UHGV virus genome: UHGV-1976995
Length of the DNA stretch: 34,204 bases
DNA from: a virus
Reading direction: 5' to 3' (one strand)
Positions within the stretch are counted from its first letter, which is position 1. The number at the start of each line of letters is the position of its first letter. Below are positions 28,359 through 34,204 of the stretch, one piece after another. The notes under the pieces are model-generated. The model searched no databases and was not told where the DNA came from. It was given only the letters and a program-made list of their open reading frames with translations. The position numbers were made by a program, and so were the translations under genes.

Positions 28359-29663
28359 ATGGCTACGTGGCAACAGGGTATTAATTCTGGTGGTTTTCTG
28401 GCTGGCATCGGTACGCAAAATGAGAATGCGCCAAAGGCAAACGACATTAACGCAACGCTTGGTCTGATCCGCGAAAACAATGAACTGGCTCGCTCAGGTG
28501 CAAATAACGTTGGTCTGACCGCGTTACGTGGTCTGGCTGGAGTTGCTGATATTTATAAGCAGGAACAGCAACAGAAAGCGATTAATGCGTTCAATAAGGT
28601 TCATGCTGATGCATGGGCTTCTGGTGATCCATCGGGACTATTTAAGTTTGCCAAGGAAAATCCAGCGTTTGTTGCGCAGGCACAACAGGCGTTTTCCGGT
28701 CTTAATGATCAGCAACGCAACGATATGGGCGATTTAGCCATGAGGGCTAACGTCGCTCTTTCTCAGGGACCGGAAGCCTACAGTAAATTCATTACTGACA
28801 ACAAGGACAGGTTAAATCGCGTGGGGGCGAATGCTGACTGGATGATTCAGACAGGTATCCAGAATCCAGAGCAGCTATCACACATGCTGACTACTATGTC
28901 TCTCGGTGCACTTGGACCAGAAAAGGCGTTTGCTGTTCAGGATAAGATGGTTGGTCGTGAGATTGACCGAGGCCAGCTGGCAGAGACAATCCGCAGCAAT
29001 CAGGCAGGAGAAGCACTAACAGCTCGAGGTCAGGACATCCAGATACGTGGACAGAACATCAGCGCACAGAATGCTGCTCTTTCCCGAGAAATACAAAGAG
29101 CAGAATTACAAGAAAAGGCTCTGGACAGACAGATAGCCAGAGAAAGCAATCAGTTAAAGCTTGAAGAGCTAAAACAGAAACAGGCAGATGTTCGGCAAAA
29201 GGCTGACATAGCCCGCGCTGACAGGCAGGCCGCCGCTCAGGGTGCAGTTGATACGTTCAGCACCGCGCTTGATTCTCTCAACGAGATAGAGCAAAGCCCC
29301 GGCCTTTCAAAAGCAGTAGGAATTCGCTCAGCGTTTCCGACAGTTCCTGGCTCTGATGCGGCTAACTTTGAAGCAAGGCTCGACACCTTTAAAGCTCAAA
29401 CATTCCTTCCTATGGTGCAGTCCCTGAAGGGTATGGGCGCTCTTTCAGATGCAGAGGGTAAAAAATTATCCGATGCGGTTGGTGCCCTAAGCCCCAAAAT
29501 GAGTGAAAAGGCTTTTCGTGACTCTATCGGAAAGATTAGAAATCAGCTTGAAAGCAAGTTGAGCACTGTTAAAAAACAGTTTGATTATCAGGAGCCGGTG
29601 CAGAATATGCCAGGGCAACAATCTACTACTGGCAGTAACTTTTCTTCGCTATGGGGTGATTAA
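28359..29663 (+). CDS. ejection protein (P22 gp20-like)
   Basis: 434 aa, helical and Gln-rich; AAGGGG RBS; synteny. Confidence 0.7.
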   Translation: MATWQQGINSGGFLAGIGTQNENAPKANDINATLGLIRENNELARSGANNVGLTALRGLAGVADIYKQEQQQKAINAFNKVHADAWASGDPSGLFKFAKENPAFVAQAQQAFSGLNDQQRNDMGDLAMRANVALSQGPEAYSKFITDNKDRLNRVGANADWMIQTGIQNPEQLSHMLTTMSLGALGPEKAFAVQDKMVGREIDRGQLAETIRSNQAGEALTARGQDIQIRGQNISAQNAALSREIQRAELQEKALDRQIARESNQLKLEELKQKQADVRQKADIARADRQAAAQGAVDTFSTALDSLNEIEQSPGLSKAVGIRSAFPTVPGSDAANFEARLDTFKAQTFLPMVQSLKGMGALSDAEGKKLSDAVGALSPKMSEKAFRDSIGKIRNQLESKLSTVKKQFDYQEPVQNMPGQQSTTGSNFSSLWGD

Positions 29664-31660
29664 TGGCTAAAGCATGGAAAGATGTTATCGCCTCTCCACA
29701 GTATCAGGCGTTAGCACCAGAACAAAAAGCGCAGGCTCAGGAGCAATACTTCAATGAAGTCGTTGCCCCGCAAGCCGGAGAAAATGCAGAGCAGGCTAAG
29801 CAAGCTTTCTATGCTGCCTATCCATTGCCATCTGTGCAGCCAGTGGAGACACAACAACCAGTATCACAGCAACAACCACAGCAAAGTGGATTTATGTCGG
29901 ATCTTGGTGAAGCCGTGAAAGAAACTGGTCGCGGACTGGTGCAGGCTGGCGTGAACGTGGCAAACATACCTGCATCAGTTGCCGATGCTGTAACAAGCGC
30001 GGCGGCATGGGCTGGCGGTAAACTCGGCATTGGCGATGGTACATATCAACCAGCGCCACGAGTAACAACGCAGGGGTTAGAGCAGGACTTTGGCCTTCAG
30101 CAAGGCGCGCTCACTCCACAAACGACAGAGGGAAGGGTATTTGCTGAAGCATTGCCTTACCTCACTCCTGCTGGCGTTGAGAGAGCGGCAGCACAGGCAC
30201 CAACACTTGCTGGTCGAATTGCTCAGGGGGCAACTCGCCTTCTAGCAGAAAACGCAGTTGGATCACTTGCTGCAAATAGTGCGAAAGATGATGCGGAAGC
30301 ACTCGCCACCGATTTAGGCGTTGGCGTTCTGGCTGGCGGTGCTATTAACGCTGCCGGACGTGGATTAGGTGCTGCTTATCGTGGCGTTCGTGGTGCTATT
30401 GCGCCAGAAGCGCAGCAGGCTATCAGATTTGCAGAGCGTGAAGGAGTTCCTCTGCACACCACAGACCTGTTACAGCCTACTTCCCGCGTCGGAAAAATGG
30501 CGCAAACGACAGCAGAAAATATCCCCCTGGCTGGCACAAGCGGAATGAGAGCAACGCAACAGGAAGCGAGAAGCCAGTTGGTTCAGAGATTTGCTGATAA
30601 ATTCGGTGAGTATGATCCAGCGGTTGTTATTGACAGCCTTAAAGCGAAAACATCAGGAATTCGTCGTGCCGCCGGTAATCGACTGGAGCAGGTTCAGAAT
30701 GCTATGGCGGGAATAAACATTCAGCCTGCAAGAGCAATTCAGCAGATTGATACAGAAATATCTAACCTGCAGAAGCTTGGTAAGGTTGCTGATAACGAGA
30801 CTATTTCAAAACTTCAGTCCTATCGTGATGAGCTTGTTCGCAATGCTGGTCCTGATGGTCCGGTAAATCTGGATTTGAAGCAATTAAGCGATCTGCGCAG
30901 CCAGTTCAGAATGGATGTGAAGGGTGAGCGACCAGTGTTACCAAACCGTTCCGATGCTGCCATTCAGCGCGTTTACAAGGCAATGACCGACGATATCAAT
31001 GGTGCCATTGGTCAGAATCTTGGCAACGATACTCTCCGTAAATATCAGCAGGCCAATGCCGTCTACGCTGACGAAGCGGCGAAACTAAAGAATACCAGGC
31101 TGAAGAATGTTCTCATGAAAGGCGACCTGACGCCGGAAGTTGTCAACAACATGCTATTCAGCAAGAACAAATCGGAAATTAAGACGCTGTATAACTCAGT
31201 TGGTCGTGTTGGCAGGGCGCAAATGCGCAATGGCATCATTGGAAAGGCGATGGAGAAATCAGGTGGTTCCCCTGATCAGTTCCTTCGACAGCTTAACATC
31301 CTGCAAAACCAGACTGGCATCACATTTAAGGGGCAGGACGCTGCTTATCTGAAAGGATTGAAAAACTACCTGCAATCCACGCAGCAGGCTGCAAAAGCGG
31401 CAGTAACAACACCAACAGGGCAGCAAACCATCCCGTTCATTATCGGGTATGGGACAGCAATGAACCCGGCGACAACTGGCGCAGCGGTAAGCTACGGACT
31501 TCTTACTCGCGCCTATGAGAGCGAACCATTCAGAAATGCAATGCTCCGAATGGCAAACACACCACGCGGATCGACAGCGTTTGAGAAAGCCATGCAGCAA
31601 GCGCAAAAAGCGATTAATGCACTGACGCAGGGTGCTAAGTCTGATTCGTTGTCAGAATAG
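29663..31660 (+). CDS. ejection protein (P22 gp16-like)
   Basis: 665 aa; ATGA-type overlap with the gp20-like stop; synteny. Confidence 0.7.
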   Translation: MAKAWKDVIASPQYQALAPEQKAQAQEQYFNEVVAPQAGENAEQAKQAFYAAYPLPSVQPVETQQPVSQQQPQQSGFMSDLGEAVKETGRGLVQAGVNVANIPASVADAVTSAAAWAGGKLGIGDGTYQPAPRVTTQGLEQDFGLQQGALTPQTTEGRVFAEALPYLTPAGVERAAAQAPTLAGRIAQGATRLLAENAVGSLAANSAKDDAEALATDLGVGVLAGGAINAAGRGLGAAYRGVRGAIAPEAQQAIRFAEREGVPLHTTDLLQPTSRVGKMAQTTAENIPLAGTSGMRATQQEARSQLVQRFADKFGEYDPAVVIDSLKAKTSGIRRAAGNRLEQVQNAMAGINIQPARAIQQIDTEISNLQKLGKVADNETISKLQSYRDELVRNAGPDGPVNLDLKQLSDLRSQFRMDVKGERPVLPNRSDAAIQRVYKAMTDDINGAIGQNLGNDTLRKYQQANAVYADEAAKLKNTRLKNVLMKGDLTPEVVNNMLFSKNKSEIKTLYNSVGRVGRAQMRNGIIGKAMEKSGGSPDQFLRQLNILQNQTGITFKGQDAAYLKGLKNYLQSTQQAAKAAVTTPTGQQTIPFIIGYGTAMNPATTGAAVSYGLLTRAYESEPFRNAMLRMANTPRGSTAFEKAMQQAQKAINALTQGAKSDSLSE

Positions 31661-31750
31661 CCTTTCAAACACCAGGAACGTGCAAAAACCAAATATGTAG
31701 AACGCGAGGTTTATCGTATTCCTCTGCATAGGCGATACCTTTGCTGATTG

Positions 31751-32236
31751 TTATCTGATGTTACTGCTACTGTTGCATGTTACCGTGTTTCCAAATCCTG
31801 AATTGCAGTTTGTATATGTGTCAACGCGTGTTGGGTAAGGTTGAGTTATAACAGGCTGGCGCGCTTTTTGCTCGATCGCTTGCATTGTGTTTACAGCCTG
31901 ATAATTCAATAAAGCCTGCTGGAATGCTTGGCTTTGTGCTATTTGTTGGGCTTGTTCTTGGCTTTGTAATTGAACATAAAGATTCTGAAGCTCAAGTCTT
32001 GCCTGTGCGTCACTTATCTTGCCTTCATCGACACCTTGCCCGAGCATCTTTGCAGCAAGGACATACAGCTTAGGTGTTGGTGCTGATGCCATGCGTGAGT
32101 CGTTCTTCACACTGGCATCAAGGCAATTAGCCATATCGCTAAGCTTTTGATAGCGTTGTTCGCAACTTGCTTGATAGTCACTTACTTTTGCGCACCCAGC
32201 CAGCAGAAGCGGGATAATTAACAGTGATTTTTTCAT
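31751..32236 (-). CDS. lipoprotein, cargo gene, candidate superinfection-exclusion factor
   Basis: Track ORF 31751..32287 trimmed to MKKSLLIIPLLLAGC (signal peptide with lipobox LAGC); opposite strand to the flanking structural genes; Gln-rich helical middle and Cys-containing C-terminus. Confidence 0.6.
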   Translation of the reverse strand: MKKSLLIIPLLLAGCAKVSDYQASCEQRYQKLSDMANCLDASVKNDSRMASAPTPKLYVLAAKMLGQGVDEGKISDAQARLELQNLYVQLQSQEQAQQIAQSQAFQQALLNYQAVNTMQAIEQKARQPVITQPYPTRVDTYTNCNSGFGNTVTCNSSSNIR

Positions 32237-32270
32237 ATAATTAACTCTCCTTAGTTTTGCGCAGGATACC

Positions 32271-32636
32271 ATGAAAAAAGTTAACATTGGAAACGTACCA
32301 AAGATGCTCGTTCCGCTCTTTGAGAGCGGTACAATTGTGTTTTGTAGAGACTTTCCAGAATGGCAACGCCTGCATCAAAAACTTGGCGTTGACGTGCATG
32401 ACTCGGACGCCAACGGAGCGTCTCATACAATGAGTAGCGAGAATGGTGTTTTGCATGTGATAGGCGTGTTCAATGGCAAACTATCTACTATTGCCCATGA
32501 GTGCGCTCACATGGCATTCGATATCTGCTCAAGGGTAGGTGTTGATGTTGAACCAGGAAGAGCCAACGAGACTTACTGCTACTTAATGAGCAGGCTTGTT
32601 GAGTTCTGCGAGCGACATATCAAAAAGCCGGAGTGA
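32271..32636 (+). CDS. small HExxH-motif protein (putative metallopeptidase-like), cargo gene
   Basis: 121 aa with HECAH at residues 86 to 90 of the track translation; no strong RBS at either candidate start. Confidence 0.5.
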   Translation: MKKVNIGNVPKMLVPLFESGTIVFCRDFPEWQRLHQKLGVDVHDSDANGASHTMSSENGVLHVIGVFNGKLSTIAHECAHMAFDICSRVGVDVEPGRANETYCYLMSRLVEFCERHIKKPE

Positions 32637-32645
32637 CCCGGCTTG
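32624..32645. terminator. hairpin between convergent cargo genes (possible bidirectional terminator)
   Basis: AAGCCGG-AGTGAC-CCGGCTT with A-rich 5' flank and GATTATTACTTTTT 3' flank; the HExxH gene stop lies in the loop. Confidence 0.45.
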
Positions 32646-32649
32646 ATTA

Positions 32650-32829
32650 TTACTTTTTGCTGTCTGGAGTTCGCTTATCCAATACCCAGCCATGACCTGG
32701 CTTTGTTGTTGGTGGAAGCCTTTCGTTGTCCTTGACGGTTGCAAAATTGTCTTTCTTACCGCCGCGTGGGCCAACTTCTTGGTATATTCCGCCGTTTTTT
32801 CCTGTGTTTTCACCTGGTTTTTTCGCCAT
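32650..32829 (-). CDS. YjzC-like small protein (59 aa), cargo gene
   Basis: Track ORF trimmed to the ATG at 32829 behind GAGGT; pattern GENTGKNGGIYQEVGPRGG...ERLPPTTKPGHGW resembles the YjzC-like family as I remember it. Confidence 0.45.
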   Translation of the reverse strand: MAKKPGENTGKNGGIYQEVGPRGGKKDNFATVKDNERLPPTTKPGHGWVLDKRTPDSKK

Positions 32830-32859
32830 GATATACCTCAACATACACCCGTTATTGGG

Positions 32860-32894
32860 CGATTAAATATTGATCTCATTTTATAAGTAGTCAA
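32860..32894 (-). promoter_or_regulatory. candidate promoter for the YjzC-like gene (TTGACT-N17-AATATT)
   Basis: On the minus strand TTGACT, 17-nt spacer, AATATT, about 40 nt upstream of the ATG. Confidence 0.3.
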
Positions 32895-32919
32895 TATGGC
32901 CCAGGTAAATGCAAAAATT

Positions 32920-32944
32920 AACCCACCTTCAGGTGGGTTTTTTG
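32920..32944. terminator. hairpin overlapping the mnt stop codon; terminator-like in both orientations
   Basis: AACCCACC-TTCA-GGTGGGTT followed by TTTTTTG on the plus strand and AATTTTTGCATTT on the minus strand. Confidence 0.5.
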
Positions 32945-33180
32945 TACAAATCCTTCAGCGTATCAAACACCATCTTCTTAACAAGTTCAGACTGCTCATC
33001 AGCGATGCGTTCCGCATCGTCTCGATAGCCTGAAATTTTGGATGGCTTTGATACAGCATCAGTCACTATCTGAACTAATTCTGAATTAAGAGAGCGGCCA
33101 TTGGATTTGGCTCGCTGTTTTAGTTTTTCCTTTAATTCGTAAGGTAGCCGCAGATTAAATTGCGGGTCATCTCTTCCCAT
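32929..33180 (-). CDS. mnt: Mnt repressor (Arc/MetJ ribbon-helix-helix family)
   Basis: MGRDDPQFNLRLPYELKEKLKQRAKSNGRSLNSELVQIV...DDAERIADEQSELVKKMVFDTLKDLYKK matches P22 Mnt closely from memory. Confidence 0.85.
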   Translation of the reverse strand: MGRDDPQFNLRLPYELKEKLKQRAKSNGRSLNSELVQIVTDAVSKPSKISGYRDDAERIADEQSELVKKMVFDTLKDLYKKPT

Positions 33181-33243
33181 TCTTGATGCCTCGCTTTTGT
33201 GAGTGGATCGGCATCTTATTATCTGCTGGTTGCATCCTCAATA

Positions 33244-33258
33244 AGACCACAGTGGTCT
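33244..33258. promoter_or_regulatory. candidate Mnt operator: 15-bp perfect dyad AGACCAC-A-GTGGTCT
   Basis: Perfect inverted repeat between mnt and the tailspike gene, next to a candidate leftward promoter TTGAGG-N17-TAAGAT; analogous in form to the P22 Mnt operator. Confidence 0.5.
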
Positions 33259-33326
33259 CTTTGTTTGATTAATAATGCATCACTGTGGCAATGCTGCGGC
33301 GATTCCTTGTATCTGGAGCAAATTAA

Positions 33327-34204
33327 ATGACAGACATTACAGCCAATGTTGTAGTGAGTATGCCTTCGCAACTCTTCACTATGGCGCGTTCTTTTAAAGC
33401 CGTAGCCAATGGCAAAATTTATATCGGTAAAATTGACACTGACCCGGTAAATCCTGAAAACCAGATTCAGGTTTATGTAGAGAACGAAGACGGTTCTCAC
33501 GTTCCTGTTTCGCAACCAATCATCATTAACGCTGCTGGATATCCGGTATATAACGGACAGATTGCCAAATTCGTAACCGTGCAAGGCCATTCTATGGTTG
33601 TTTACGATGCTTATGGCACTCAGCAGTTTTATTTTCCAAATGTATTAAAATACGATCCAGATCAGTTTGGCCCAGACTTCAAAGAGCAGTTATCTCAATC
33701 AGGAGCATACATTAATGATGATTCAAAAGGTGATGCATTAATTGGGGTAAGGCAGCCATTTACCGGGGCTGTAACTATAACTCAGCATGAAAACAATGCT
33801 CTTTTCTTAAATGTAAAACAATTTGGAGCAATTGGGGATGGGAAATATCATCCATTATCTGAGTGGTTTTCTTCAATTTCTGAAGCAAAATCCTTATATC
33901 CTTTTGTTGACTCATTATCTCAGTCAATAGACTGGGCCGCGTGGCAAGCTGCCCTTAACACAGGAAAGGTTATTTATGGTACTGATAATGCGTATGTAAT
34001 AACGGATACGTTAACACCTGTTTCTGGTGGTGGGATAATTGGTCTTGGTGTGGGCAAATGGGTCTCTGGATATACTGCAACATTTGCTCCTGATATTACC
34101 ACAGGGACCACATTCCTGATGTACGGTGTAGGAAATAAAAAATATACTGTAGATTGTGTTTCTAATATGGATGTTAGTGGTGGTGTGGTTTCTAATCCAT
34201 CTTC
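33327..34204 (+). CDS. tailspike protein, 5' partial (P22 gp9-type head-binding domain plus a different receptor-binding domain)
   Basis: Hand-translated open frame from the ATG at 33327 (absent from the track because it has no stop in the window); first about 110 aa ([11 protein letters not shown]...[12 protein letters not shown]...VLKYDPDQ) match the P22 gp9 head-binding domain; downstream sequence is unrelated to the P22 endorhamnosidase. Confidence 0.85.
   Translation, partial: MTDITANVVVSMPSQLFTMARSFKAVANGKIYIGKIDTDPVNPENQIQVYVENEDGSHVPVSQPIIINAAGYPVYNGQIAKFVTVQGHSMVVYDAYGTQQFYFPNVLKYDPDQFGPDFKEQLSQSGAYINDDSKGDALIGVRQPFTGAVTITQHENNALFLNVKQFGAIGDGKYHPLSEWFSSISEAKSLYPFVDSLSQSIDWAAWQAALNTGKVIYGTDNAYVITDTLTPVSGGGIIGLGVGKWVSGYTATFAPDITTGTTFLMYGVGNKKYTVDCVSNMDVSGGVVSNPS

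Noticed and set aside
32234-32340. Apparent 1-nt discrepancy between my hand count of the sequence (five T run near 32339) and the ORF track frames for the genes at 32271..32636 and 31751..32287
   Set aside because: Could not be resolved without tools; most likely my positional miscount. Track coordinates were used and hand-derived site coordinates in this area carry an uncertainty of about 1 nt.
33219-33590. 123-aa minus-strand ORF overlapping the start of the tailspike gene
   Set aside because: Overlaps the conserved head-binding domain on the opposite strand and would run through the dyad and promoter region; the tailspike frame is far better supported.

Overview
This window reads as a nearly complete mosaic lambdoid, P22-like temperate phage or prophage, annotated by eye from the sequence and the ORF track; no searches or alignments were run, and all family calls rest on remembered motifs. 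Left to right: a leftward early operon (N-like antiterminator, cIII, kil-like, Rad52-type recombinase, SSB, Ea22-like, PD-(D/E)XK nuclease-like, many small ORFs); an immunity region (cI with a translationally coupled membrane protein, cro, cII, nutL/nutR, OL/OR); replication genes (O-like initiator with an internal iteron origin, DnaB-type helicase); a nin region (NinB, Dam-type methyltransferase, NinE, NinF, YbcO-like, RusA, NinH); Q with PR'/tR'; a lambda-type lysis cassette (S, R, Rz/Rz1); P22-type morphogenesis genes (terminases, portal, scaffold, coat, gp4, gp10, tail needle, ejection proteins); a cargo island (lipoprotein, HExxH protein, YjzC-like protein, orphan mnt); and the 5' part of a tailspike gene. 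No integrase or attachment site lies in the window. The best candidates for undescribed biology are the cargo island next to the tailspike, the membrane protein co-transcribed with cI, the (Glu-Pro)16 repeat protein between coat and gp4, and the unassigned small genes of the early-left operon. Coordinates of sub-60-aa ORFs and of sites were derived by hand and may be off by a few bases; one local 1-nt disagreement with the ORF track near 32.2-32.6 kb was left unresolved and track coordinates are used there.
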